64,000 nt of DNA from a bacterium (lineage in GTDB: Bacteria > Hinthialibacterota > Hinthialibacteria > Hinthialibacterales > Hinthialibacteraceae). The notes below the pieces were generated by a model. It worked only from the letters and a program-made list of their open reading frames with translations, was not told the origin of the DNA and searched no databases. Where the stretch lies: contig CAXXSM010000141.1 in NCBI GenBank assembly GCA_963663405.2, forward strand, positions 1-64,000. Reading direction: 5' to 3'. This document shows positions 50,599 through 60,839 of this stretch, one piece after another (position 1 is the stretch's first letter; each line of letters opens with the position of its first letter). Both the position numbers and the translations under genes were made by a program.

Positions 50599-50625
50599 TG
50601 CTCTGGCCAGTTGAGCTACTCCCGC
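50549..50625 (-). tRNA. tRNA-Gly(TCC), probable integration site
   Basis: Reverse complement GCGGGAGTAGCTCAACTGGCCAGAGCATCAGCCTTCCAAGCTGAGGGTTGCCGGTTCGATCCCGGTCTCCCGCTCCA folds as a cloverleaf with TCC anticodon and encoded CCA. Confidence 0.97.
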
Positions 50626-50905
50626 ATTATCCTCCTGTTCGCGGGTGGATATAGATTCCGCAAACGAAGAGCTATTATTTTCCCTTAATCTGGTAATCTG
50701 TCAAGGAGCCGGTTCACCAAAAGGCGGTTTCCGATTTATTGTTTCCTCTTTCCCTTCTGAGGAATCAACGCCATCCAGTACATTGGGTGGATTCTCCAAA
50801 AGAAACGCTTTATCCTATATCTCAATCATTCGGCGCATGGGATTCACGCCATCTCATCCAGCGGCGCGATAACGTTATGATTTCTAGACATAAAGGAGCG
50901 ATCCG

Positions 50906-53179
50906 ATGAAACGCATTCCCCTTCGTAAACAGACATCGATACGATTTATTTATACATCATTCACGATTCTTTTTCTCCTGCTATCCACTAGACTGCATGT
51001 TCCTGCTGTTGAACCGGTTTATCCGGGGAAGGAATGGGCGCGACTTACTCCCAAAGCGGCAGGACTCGACACGCGGCAATTGGACGCTTTACGCGATTTC
51101 GCAGGGGGGATCGGTTGCGTAGTACGTCATGGTTATATGGTCTATACTTGGGGCGATCCTACCAAACAGATCGATGTGGCGTCGGCGGTGAAACCCTGGT
51201 ACACCCACTTTCTCCTTAAAGCCATTGAAGACGGAAAACTATCAAGTGTGGACGATCCAATCATACAATTCGAACCACGTCTTTCTCCGCTAAACGAACA
51301 ACTGCGATGGAAAGACCGCGCAATCACATGGCGCCATCTCTCAAATCAAATCTCCTGTTATGGTGTGAGTGAGAAACCGGGGGAAGCGTATGATTACAGT
51401 GATTACAATATGGCGCTCTTTTTCGACACACTTTTTTTGAATGTGTATGGATCGAGCTGGGAACGAGTGGACGAAGAAATTCTCCATCCGCTTCTTACAG
51501 ATCCACTCCAATGTCAGGATAATCCAACATTCATGGCCTTCGGTACAGAGAACCGCCCAGGACGGTTGCGAATCTCGGTCCGGGATTTCGCCCGGTTCGG
51601 TTTACTCTATCTGCGGGAAGGTCAATGGCGTGACACGCGTCTGCTGCGGTCTGAATCAGCGCGGATGGCTGTCACATCCCCCCTGCCCAATTCGATTCCC
51701 CGAACAAAAGGAGAGAAGGCGGATATGATTCAAGATCAACGTTCCATCGGCGGGGGAAACAACCAAACCGATCATTACGGCAGTTACAGTTTCGCTTGGT
51801 GGCTCAATGGGATCGACCGTGAATATAAACGCCATTGGCCAGACGCTCCAACCAATACATTCGGCTGCTTTGGGCATGGAGGGAAACGGGCGATGGTTGT
51901 CATGCCCGATCAAGATTTAATTGTCTGTTGGAACGACACACAAATCGATAGCCGGGAGAAAGAGAACGAAGCCCTGAAACGGCTGCGTAATTCGGTCCTC
52001 CCCACTGGCCCCATGACAGGACAGATCATTCCCGATCCCCAACGGCCGCAATGGTTGAAACGCCACAACACCGGTCCATTTTTTCTCTGTGGTCCAGGCG
52101 ATCCGGAAGGATTCCTCTATCGGGGAACGCTAAACGCCGATGGAACCCGCAATGGCGATCAAATGGACTTGATTAACAAGATGAAATGGACAGGAGCGAA
52201 TTGCCTTTACATTATGGCGGTCCGTTCTCACGGCGGTGACGGCGATAAAACGGAAAACCCATTCATCGGCCACAATCCAGCGAAAGGAATCAACGATCTC
52301 ATCTTCGATCAGTGGGAAACCTGGTTCCATGCGATGGATGAAAACGGAATCACGATTTTCCTCATTCTCTACGATGACAATTGTTCCATCTGGGATACGG
52401 GAGACACAATGGGCGGCATGGAAAGCCGTTTCATTGAGCGGCTCGTTAACCGCTTCGAACACCATAAAAATCTGATTTGGTGTATCGCGGAAGAATATCA
52501 GGAAGCCCTCAGCGTCCAGCGTGTCAAAGCGATCGCCGCGAAAATCCGCGAAACGGACGATTTCGATCACCCAATCGCCGTCCATAAATTAAATGGATTG
52601 GATTTTTCTGAATTGGCGGACGATCCCAACATCGATCAATTCGCCATTCAATACAATGTAAGTTCCGCTGAAGAACTCCACCAAGGAATGGTCAAAGCAT
52701 GGAACGGCGCGAAAGGAAGATATAACATTAACATGAGTGAAGCGGCGGATCATGGAACCGGCGCTGAATTGCGTTTAAAGAATTGGGCCTGCGCGATGGG
52801 GGGCGCGTATGTGATGGTTTTGAGAATGGACATCGCTTCCACACCTCGCGCCGATTTGATCGGCTGCGGAAGACTCGTCAAGTTTTTTGAATCCACTCCA
52901 TTTTCAAACATGGCGCCTCATGACGAACTCGTTGCAGTGGAAACACAATACCTCCTGGCCGATCCAGGGAACAGTTATATCGCTTACGCGCCCAATTTAT
53001 CCGGTAAAATCGGAATCAAAGAAATGAAAGGGGGGACATATGATTTTCTTTGGTTTAACTGCAAAACAGGAAAAGTAATCAAACAAACCAATGTGTCTAT
53101 AGAAGCGGGGGAAGGAAGGTGGAATCCTCCAGCTGAAATCGGAACGGAAATAGCGGTATACATTCAACGTTTTGAATGA
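50906..53179 (+). CDS. Secreted beta-lactamase-like serine hydrolase fused to a DUF4038/GH-like TIM barrel and a beta-sandwich
   Basis: Signal-like N-terminus; SAVK (SxxK), YDYSD, FGHGG; second half WCIAEEY and PIAVH. Confidence 0.72.
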   Translation: MKRIPLRKQTSIRFIYTSFTILFLLLSTRLHVPAVEPVYPGKEWARLTPKAAGLDTRQLDALRDFAGGIGCVVRHGYMVYTWGDPTKQIDVASAVKPWYTHFLLKAIEDGKLSSVDDPIIQFEPRLSPLNEQLRWKDRAITWRHLSNQISCYGVSEKPGEAYDYSDYNMALFFDTLFLNVYGSSWERVDEEILHPLLTDPLQCQDNPTFMAFGTENRPGRLRISVRDFARFGLLYLREGQWRDTRLLRSESARMAVTSPLPNSIPRTKGEKADMIQDQRSIGGGNNQTDHYGSYSFAWWLNGIDREYKRHWPDAPTNTFGCFGHGGKRAMVVMPDQDLIVCWNDTQIDSREKENEALKRLRNSVLPTGPMTGQIIPDPQRPQWLKRHNTGPFFLCGPGDPEGFLYRGTLNADGTRNGDQMDLINKMKWTGANCLYIMAVRSHGGDGDKTENPFIGHNPAKGINDLIFDQWETWFHAMDENGITIFLILYDDNCSIWDTGDTMGGMESRFIERLVNRFEHHKNLIWCIAEEYQEALSVQRVKAIAAKIRETDDFDHPIAVHKLNGLDFSELADDPNIDQFAIQYNVSSAEELHQGMVKAWNGAKGRYNINMSEAADHGTGAELRLKNWACAMGGAYVMVLRMDIASTPRADLIGCGRLVKFFESTPFSNMAPHDELVAVETQYLLADPGNSYIAYAPNLSGKIGIKEMKGGTYDFLWFNCKTGKVIKQTNVSIEAGEGRWNPPAEIGTEIAVYIQRFE

Positions 53180-53216
53180 TAAACCAAATTTTGTAATATT
53201 CAGAAAGGCAATATCC

Positions 53217-54454
53217 ATGATTCAAAAAGGCAGTTTATTTGTAAGTTTTTTAGTATGTTTTCTTTGTGGATTTAATTTCGCCGCTCAATCCAATGAGTTA
53301 ACCTCATGGGAATGCGAAATTCTTCCAAACGAAAGTGAATGGTTTTCCGATCCCAAAACCGGCGCGTCCGTTCTTTTTGTGACGACCAATGAAAGCCATG
53401 ACAGCAATCTCTACTTTCATAACCGTTCCTGGATCGCGGACGAATCCGTGCTGATTTTCGCCTCCAACCGGACAGGACAAACAGAGCCGTTTGGATATAT
53501 TGAGAAAACGGGAGAACTTGTCCGGCTGTGCCCAGGCGATGGCGCCGCGACATCTAGCTATTTAGCAGGAAAACAAGAGAATAGTCTCTTTCTACTCAAA
53601 TCGGGGGCGATCTATGAATGGAAAATCGACCTCTCCTTCCCCAACCGGAGAAAACCCGCATTTCCGTCCACGAACGGAAAATTGGCGATCTCCCGCCCGG
53701 CGCATTGCGGGGAGGGGATTTAAACGAAAACGCGGATGGAACCCGCTTGAGCCTTCTCTGTATTTATGAAAATTCACCACGCAATGACATTCTATTCTTC
53801 GATAAAGCGTCCGGTGAAATCACAACACTTGCCACCCTCAATTGGAGAGCCGGTCATCTCCAATGCAGTTGGACCAATCCAGACCTGGTCATGTTCTCCC
53901 GCTCCTACACCGATGGGGGAGACACGGTTCCGATGATGAGCGATGAAGAATACGCCGCAATAGAGCCACGGGCGCGGCTCTGGTTTGCGGACACATCAGA
54001 CCGGGAACCGTGGACATTGTTCTATCAACGCCCCGGCGAGCTGGCGACGCATGAATGCTGGTGGTTGAATGACACAATTACCTTCTGTGGTGGTTTTTTA
54101 CCGGAAGAATCGCATGTGAAGACGGTGGATTTTAACACAGGCGCAATTCGCATCATCGGCGCGGGCGCCTGGCTCCCAAATCAAACACCATCGGAACTGG
54201 CCAAACGGAACTGGTGGCACGCGTCCGGCTCTCCAACAGGAGAATGGGTGGCGGCGGACAATTGGCATGGTGATATCGTTCTATTCAACGCCCGCACAAC
54301 GCAAATGCGCCCATTGACATTGGGCCATCGCACGTACGGCGGCGGTCAGCATCCACACGTCGGCTGGGGCCCAAGCGGCGACCGCGTCATCTTTGCATCG
54401 AACAGACGTGGCAACGCGGATGTCTGCGTCGCCTACCTTCGATCGAAACGATAA
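53217..54454 (+). CDS. Oligogalacturonate lyase-like beta-propeller, frameshifted near 53640
   Basis: DPKTGA, LYFH, FASNRTG, HECW, HPHVGW..GDRVIFASN; two overlapping ORFs. Confidence 0.75.
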
Positions 54455-54469
54455 TACCAACATACGATT

Positions 54470-54545
54470 GTAGGATGGGCTAAAAGGTAGGATGGGCTAA
54501 AGACCGGCGCTCGTGCCGGAGCCTTAAGCGAAGCATACCCCATCA
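54470..54545. repeat. REP-like palindromic element
   Basis: Tandem GTAGGATGGGCTAAA copies and downstream CCCATC between convergent genes. Confidence 0.5.
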
Positions 54546-54553
54546 TTCATATA

Positions 54554-55543
54554 CTAAATCCGCTTCCCAAGCCCAAGTCTCGATTTAACGCCTTCGATTG
54601 TCTCTTGAGCGATAGGACGGCATTGTTTGGCGCCTTGCTGGGCGATGTCGTAGACTTCATCCGGATTGGCTTGCAATTCGTTGTAGCGGTTACGGAACGG
54701 GGCGATCGCTTCCTCCATATGGTTGTGCAGCATCTTTTTACAGTCCACACAACCAATACCCGCCACGCGGCATTCCCGGTTGACAGTCTCGATTTCATCC
54801 GCGGTAGAATAGATTTTATGCAGGGAAAAAATATTGCAGATATCGGGATCGCCGGGATCGGTCCGGCGTTTGCGGTTTTCATCCGTCACGGCGGTCATCA
54901 GTTTTTTCCGCAGTGGTTCCGGCTCTTCAAACAGTGAGATATGGTTGCCGAGAGACTTGCTCATCTTCGCTTTGCCGTCGAGTCCCATGATGCGGGGCGT
55001 ATGTGTTAATAACGCTTCCGGTTCGGGGAAAAACTCGCCGTACGCGTTGTTGAATTTACGCGCAAGGTCGCGGGTCAATTCAAGATGCTGCGTTTGATCT
55101 TCACCGACGGGAACCACCTCAGCGCGGTAGACCATGATATCCGCCGCCATTAACGCGGGATACGCCAACAATCCCAAATTAATCTCACTTGCGGATTGCT
55201 GTGTTTTTTCCTTGAACTGAGTCATACGCTCCATCTGGCCCAAAGGAGAGATGCAGGAAAGAATCCAGGCCAATTCCGTATGTTCCGGCACATCGGATTG
55301 GATCATCATAGCGCAGCGTTTAGGGTCCAATCCAACCGCCAACAACGACGCGAACATATTGAAAACCGCTCGAGGCATTTCTTTCGCTTCAAAGGGCGTT
55401 GTGATGGCGTGGTAATCCACGACGCAATAAATCGCGTCATACGTATCCATCATGTCAACCCAATTGCGCAGCGCGCCGAAATAGTTCCCTAAATGCACTT
55501 CCCCTGTCGGCCGGATTCCTGAAAACACACGCTTCTTGGACAT
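54554..55543 (-). CDS. trpS: Tryptophan--tRNA ligase
   Basis: FSGIRPTG.VHLGNY, YPALMAADI, VPVGEDQ.QHLE, KMSKS. Confidence 0.97.
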   Translation of the reverse strand: MSKKRVFSGIRPTGEVHLGNYFGALRNWVDMMDTYDAIYCVVDYHAITTPFEAKEMPRAVFNMFASLLAVGLDPKRCAMMIQSDVPEHTELAWILSCISPLGQMERMTQFKEKTQQSASEINLGLLAYPALMAADIMVYRAEVVPVGEDQTQHLELTRDLARKFNNAYGEFFPEPEALLTHTPRIMGLDGKAKMSKSLGNHISLFEEPEPLRKKLMTAVTDENRKRRTDPGDPDICNIFSLHKIYSTADEIETVNRECRVAGIGCVDCKKMLHNHMEEAIAPFRNRYNELQANPDEVYDIAQQGAKQCRPIAQETIEGVKSRLGLGKRI

Positions 55544-55621
55544 GGATCGTTTCTCACTGATAAAGGAATGATGTATTCATAAAAGTGTAAAGTATATCTC
55601 AGTAAACACAGCTGTCCAGCG

Positions 55622-57676
55622 TCAAGAAAAGCCGGTTCGCTTGAACGAACGCCGGAGAGCGTCATCCGAAACGAAGAGAATGCTAGGCCGTCCGTGGGGG
55701 CAGACGTTGCGGCGGGGGATTTTTTCCAATTCCCGAATGACGCCTTCCATCTCTTCCGGTTTCAACCGGTCGCCGAATTTAATCGCCGCGCGGCACGCCA
55801 GCGTTCGCAGCGCGCGTTCGCGTTTCTCCTGCGCAGTTCCTTCAAGCTTCCATTCTCCCATCAAGTCCCGGATAAATGAATCCACCTCATCCAAACCAAG
55901 ATTATTAGGAACCGCGCGGCAGACGTATGTCTGAGGCCCAAAAGGCTCCATATCAATCCCCAGCCGCTTAATCTCATCCGCCATCTCACCAAGAAGAACC
56001 ATCTCTTCCGGTGAAAAATCAAAAGTGAGAGGAAAGAGGAGAGACTGACTCGCCAGGGACGCCTGTTGAGAACGAGCGAGAAAACGATCGAACAAGATCC
56101 GCTCATGCGCGGCGTGTTGATCGATAATATAAAGCCCATCCGATCCCTGCGCCAAAATATAACTATCAAGCAGCTGCCCCAGAACGGTCAAAGCGCCCGC
56201 GTCTTCCAACGAACGAACCGCGAAAAGTTCATCTGGTTTTTTGACTTCCTGCAGCAGATCGGATAATCCGGAATGTTCCAAGTTTTCCCGCAAGGATTCT
56301 TTCGCTTCAAACGCAGCGTCCGCGTCAACCATAAGAGGCTTCCGGTTGAGCAGTTCAACCGCTTGAGCCGGTTCCGGTTCTAACGTATGAGCCGATTCAT
56401 CACCTCGCGATGGAATGGACTCCCGGTTGAATTCAACCGGCGCTGATGAATCAATTGTTGTAGATTCCTCCACCAACCGTTCCTGAGACGATTCAACACT
56501 GGAAACAGGCGCCGTTTTTTCTTCTCGCCGGGGTGTTTCTTCTTCAGCGAGTAAGGCGTCACGCTTCATGGCTTCCAAGTTCTGGGGAGGATCGCTGAAT
56601 CGATTTTCCGGCTCTGGTCCTGGTTTCACCCCGCCTCTGGTTTTGGATTCACCAATTGTATCAAAGATCCGTTTCGTCTCCTCTTTGGCTTCCTCGCGTG
56701 TGTCCCACACTTGGCGCACCGCCCCATACGTCGCGGAGAAAATCGCCCGTTCATGCGAGAATTTAATCTCCTGTTTGGTCGGATGCACGTTGATATCGAT
56801 CTCCGCCGTGTCCAATTCATAAAAAAGAAACGCTACAGGAAACCGGCTGGATGGAATCAAGTTCCGATATCCATCCATCAACGCGCGGTGCAGAAGGCGG
56901 TCTTTGATATAGCGGTTATTCACATAAAAGAAGATATGCTGTGTGCTGTTGCGCGTCAGCGTGGGCCGGGATATCAGACCGCTGATGGAAACAAGAGGTG
57001 AATCGACATGAACGGGGATCAATTCTTCGAGAATATCATTCCCAAAAATCTGCTTAACTCGCTCCGGACGAGCCGCCGTGGCGGGAAGATCAAGCGTGCG
57101 GCGCCCATTGTTGGTAAACGTAAAATGAACGTTTTCATGAGCCAGCGCGTTCCATGTGATCGTAGAGAGGACATGCCCCTGTTCCGTTGATGGTTTCTTC
57201 AAGAATTTCAAACGGGCGGGCGTATTGAAGAAGAGATCACGGATAGTGACCACCGTGCCGGCCGCCGCGCCGGTCTTCTCTGGAGCCGGTTCTCCAGCGC
57301 CTTCGATTTGAATCAAGGTTCCGAATTCATTCTCCGGCCTGCGTGTCCGCAGTTCAAAGCGGGAGACCGAGCTGATGGCCGCCAACGCCTCTCCCCGAAA
57401 GCCTTTGGTTTGAATCGAATCAAGATCCTTCGCCGAGAGAATCTTACTCGTCGCATGCCGCTTGACACATAAGACCGCGTCTTCGCTGGACATCCCCCCC
57501 CCATTGTCCGCCACTCGGATCGATCCAAGTCCACCGCGCTCAATTTCCACATCGATTCTTGTGGCGCCAGCGTCGATCGCGTTGTCAATCAATTCACGAA
57601 CAGCCGAAGCGGGCCGCTCCACCACTTCACCCGCCGCGATCCGGTTCGCCACTTCGGGCGGCAGAATATGGATCAT
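55622..57676 (-). CDS. mutL: DNA mismatch repair protein MutL
   Basis: IAAGEVVERP, GFRGEAL, DINVHPTK, DQHAAHER, ACRAAIK, CPHGRP. Confidence 0.98.
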   Translation of the reverse strand: MIHILPPEVANRIAAGEVVERPASAVRELIDNAIDAGATRIDVEIERGGLGSIRVADNGGGMSSEDAVLCVKRHATSKILSAKDLDSIQTKGFRGEALAAISSVSRFELRTRRPENEFGTLIQIEGAGEPAPEKTGAAAGTVVTIRDLFFNTPARLKFLKKPSTEQGHVLSTITWNALAHENVHFTFTNNGRRTLDLPATAARPERVKQIFGNDILEELIPVHVDSPLVSISGLISRPTLTRNSTQHIFFYVNNRYIKDRLLHRALMDGYRNLIPSSRFPVAFLFYELDTAEIDINVHPTKQEIKFSHERAIFSATYGAVRQVWDTREEAKEETKRIFDTIGESKTRGGVKPGPEPENRFSDPPQNLEAMKRDALLAEEETPRREEKTAPVSSVESSQERLVEESTTIDSSAPVEFNRESIPSRGDESAHTLEPEPAQAVELLNRKPLMVDADAAFEAKESLRENLEHSGLSDLLQEVKKPDELFAVRSLEDAGALTVLGQLLDSYILAQGSDGLYIIDQHAAHERILFDRFLARSQQASLASQSLLFPLTFDFSPEEMVLLGEMADEIKRLGIDMEPFGPQTYVCRAVPNNLGLDEVDSFIRDLMGEWKLEGTAQEKRERALRTLACRAAIKFGDRLKPEEMEGVIRELEKIPRRNVCPHGRPSILFVSDDALRRSFKRTGFS

Positions 57677-57909
57677 GGTTCCTCCGGAGAATTTCCGTCC
57701 TCATCCGGACGAATCAGAAGAACGCAGAACATCCCCACCAGCCCCCCCACCGAAAAAAGGGACGCAAGAAAACCAATCCAGCCGCTCCCATCCGGCCCAG
57801 CGAACCGCAGCAACGCTAAACCAGTCAGAAACAGCGCTAAAAAACAATAAAACACGTTGGCTTTTTTTCTTTCTGTAAACATCGGACCCACCGATGGCAT
57901 TATGACCAC
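57673..57909 (-). CDS. Small two-TM membrane protein
   Basis: Two hydrophobic segments; stop overlaps the mutL start. Confidence 0.5.
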   Translation of the reverse strand: MVIMPSVGPMFTERKKANVFYCFLALFLTGLALLRFAGPDGSGWIGFLASLFSVGGLVGMFCVLLIRPDEDGNSPEEP

Positions 57910-58093
57910 GCCACGAGGGACTGTCTAGAGAGAATAAGTGATCGAACAGCGTGAATGCCAAACAGATGATAGCGAAACAACCTCATACCATCAAATGGAT
58001 CAAATCCTTTTTTTCTAACCGATTCTTTTTATGAATCGTTGAATTGGATTTAAATCCACGCGATTATAGCAGTCGTTTCTAAATATAAAATTA

Positions 58094-58121
58094 TTGACAT
58101 ATAAGTAATTTGTTATATAAT
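58094..58121 (+). promoter_or_regulatory. Consensus sigma70 promoter
   Basis: TTGACA (58094-58099), 16-nt spacer, TATAAT (58116-58121). Confidence 0.65.
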
Positions 58122-58284
58122 AATTTTTAGATCATCATGATTCAGAAAAGAATATATGAAGAAGATCTAAAGGAAGAGACGATTCAGGAATAAGAAAAAC
58201 GCCCGATCACAAGAGGAACACAAAACCCATTAGCGCAGGTCATAGAATAAAAAACAACTCCATGGCGGCGCAAGGAGAATCGCG

Positions 58285-58752
58285 ATGAAACCCAAATCCC
58301 AAGACAGCGCATTCAATAAAATACTTCTGGTCACAAACAATCCACGTTCCGTTGAACCATACAAACAATGGTTTATGAATGCAGGTTTTCTTGTTGACAC
58401 CACGTTGGACGCGATACAAGCAATTACTCAAATCCAAGAAAAACATTATCGGTTGGTGTTAATCGATTGCCAGCTGGATGGCGAATTCGCTGGCCTGGAT
58501 GTGTTTTGGTTACTAAAACCATATATCAACAGCGATCATATCGTCATGTTAAGCCGCGAGATCGATAAATATAGAATACAACGAGTCACATCGAAAGGTT
58601 TACATCACCTATTTCCCATACCATTCGATCCGAAACGCTCACCCGCTGCGCTCGAACACGCGCTAGCGGAAGAAAATCATTATTCAACAGCATGGAATCC
58701 ACTCGTTTCACTGAAAGACACATTTCACCGCGTCTTCGCCACGAAAAGATAA
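58285..58752 (+). CDS. Response-regulator receiver domain protein (atypical)
   Basis: KILLV, LVLIDCQL..GL, IVMLS, PF; the acidic pair and conserved K are degenerate. Confidence 0.65.
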   Translation: MKPKSQDSAFNKILLVTNNPRSVEPYKQWFMNAGFLVDTTLDAIQAITQIQEKHYRLVLIDCQLDGEFAGLDVFWLLKPYINSDHIVMLSREIDKYRIQRVTSKGLHHLFPIPFDPKRSPAALEHALAEENHYSTAWNPLVSLKDTFHRVFATKR

Positions 58753-58762
58753 GGAGCAATAA

Positions 58763-59306
58763 CATGGTCCAAGAAATGAAACAAGAAATAACCCAATCAG
58801 CAGAATCGAAAAGCGTAACAACATTTTCAAAAAAATGGCTCACAATCACCATTCTTGGAGGAGCCGGCATAGGAATTCTCATCACGATTTTCCTGATGAT
58901 TTTAGTGATGCCGGGTATGATGATTGTTGTAAAAGAGAGCCGTTTTGGATTTGATGAAACCGTCGCAAGAATCGAAACCGGGATTCAAGAAATCGGTTGG
59001 AATTCCCCGGGAACGATGTTTATTAATCAAGCATTAAAACAACATGATGTGACATTCTCTCCGAGAGTAAAAATCATTCAACTATGTCAGGCGAAGTACG
59101 CAAAAAGCGTCTTGACGACCGATCGTTATCTTTCCTGCTTAATGCCTTGTTCCATCGCGGTATGGGAAGACGACAAAGGAAAAGTGTTTGTTTCAAAAAT
59201 GAACACCGGTTTGATGGGAACACTATTCGGTGGAAATGTCGCCAAAATTATGGGGCATCAAGTCTCGAAAGATGAACGGCGGCTCTTAAAAGATATTGTA
59301 AAATAA
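58763..59306 (+). CDS. DUF302 family protein with N-terminal TM
   Basis: FDETVARIE, IIQLC, MPCSIAVWE. Confidence 0.8.
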
Positions 59307-59394
59307 CAACCATTGATTCCCATACACAAATTCAACAATCGGTTCACGCAAAGGTGTAGGAACTTGAAATTGATGAATATTCGAACGGAAGAAA

Positions 59395-60393
59395 CTACAC
59401 TTTCTCCGCAATAATCACTCGCGATTGACGAGCCAAAGGTTTCGCTTCTCCACTCGTCAGTCCAGCGTTCTGAAACCACTCATTGATCTCAGCGAGGGTA
59501 TAGCAGTCCCCTTCCTCGGTATTAACCAGCATATTCACGGCGAAGAGAGCGTTCCAAGCAGGAGCGGCGCGGTTCGGCTCAAGGATAAAATCTTTAACGC
59601 ACAAACGCCCCCCCGGCGCGAGCGCCTTCGCGCATTTGGCGACAAGTTCCTTATTATTCTCATAGGAATAAATATGAATGACATTGGATACAAGAATAAA
59701 ATCGTACCCATCCCCAAACGAATCCCCAAAAAGATCCCCCGCGCGCGTTGATACACGATCGGACAAACCGGCTTCTTTCGCGTTCTCTTTAGCGACCTCC
59801 AACGTATCTTTCGTATCAAAAACAACCGCGTTCAATCGGGGATTCTGTTTGGCGAATTCGATCGCGTAAAGGCCGGGACCGCCTCCAAGATCGAGCAGTG
59901 TCTTTACTCGGGAAAGATCGAGAATCCCCGCGAGTTCCTTCGCGCTTTTCCGGCCCACATCCGCCATCGCTTTCGCGAACGCGCGTTCGTCGCCAATAAG
60001 ATTTGGATCAATGGCTTCTTTCGGCGCGGGAATCCCGGATTTAACTGTATCGTATAATTTTCCCCAACGTTCATAGAGTCTCGCTGAATGCAGAAGCAGC
60101 GCGTTTTTTGAACTGGGTGAATCGGGAAGCAAATACTCCATCGCCAACGGCGCGTTCCTATAACAGCCATCCGCTTTTTCCAGCATTTCAAGAGACACAA
60201 GAGCGTCGCATAAAATCCGTATACCGCGCCGATCCGCTTCCAGCGCAATTGTCAGTTCTTCCAAAGAGAGACTCTTCTCTCCAAGCGCCTCAAACACACC
60301 CAGCCGGTTCGCAGTAAGAAGAACCTGCGCCTCGCGGTAACTTGAAGAGATCCGATCTATAGGATCTTGATAACGGGAATTTTCATCATTCAT
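59395..60393 (-). CDS. O-methyltransferase (Methyltransf_2 with dimerisation domain)
   Basis: LLDLGGGPG, GDLF, SNVIH, LAPGG. Confidence 0.9.
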   Translation of the reverse strand: MNDENSRYQDPIDRISSSYREAQVLLTANRLGVFEALGEKSLSLEELTIALEADRRGIRILCDALVSLEMLEKADGCYRNAPLAMEYLLPDSPSSKNALLLHSARLYERWGKLYDTVKSGIPAPKEAIDPNLIGDERAFAKAMADVGRKSAKELAGILDLSRVKTLLDLGGGPGLYAIEFAKQNPRLNAVVFDTKDTLEVAKENAKEAGLSDRVSTRAGDLFGDSFGDGYDFILVSNVIHIYSYENNKELVAKCAKALAPGGRLCVKDFILEPNRAAPAWNALFAVNMLVNTEEGDCYTLAEINEWFQNAGLTSGEAKPLARQSRVIIAEKV

Positions 60394-60435
60394 TTAATCA
60401 CTCCATTTCAATTCAAGCAAATAGAAAAAACAAAG

Positions 60436-60839
60436 TAATTTTTTACCCTTCAGCCTTCAGTCTTCAACCTAATAACCTATATAATTTTTTCCCTTCAGCC
60501 TTCAGTCTTCAACCTAATAACCTATATAATTTTTTCCCTTCAGCCTTCAGCCTTCAACCTAATAACCTATATAATTTTTTCCCTTCAGTCTTCAGTCTTC
60601 AACCTAATAACCTATATAATTTTTTCCCTTCAGTCTTCAGTCTTCAACCTAATAACCTATATAATTTTTTCCCTTCAGTCTTCAGCCTTCAACCTAATAA
60701 CCTATATAATTTTTTCCCTTCAGTCTTCAGCCTTCAACCTAATAACCTATATAATTTTTTCCCTTCAGTCTTCAGCCTTCAACCTAATAACCTATATAAT
60801 TTTTTCCCTTCAGTCTTCAGCCTTCAACCTAATAACCTA
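60436..60839. repeat. Tandem array of 9 x 45-bp units
   Basis: CCCTTCAG starts at 60446, 60491, ..., 60806 (period 45); no unique spacers. Confidence 0.95.

Noticed and set aside
60436-60839. Possible CRISPR array
   Set aside because: Units are contiguous and near-identical with no unique spacers; no cas genes nearby.
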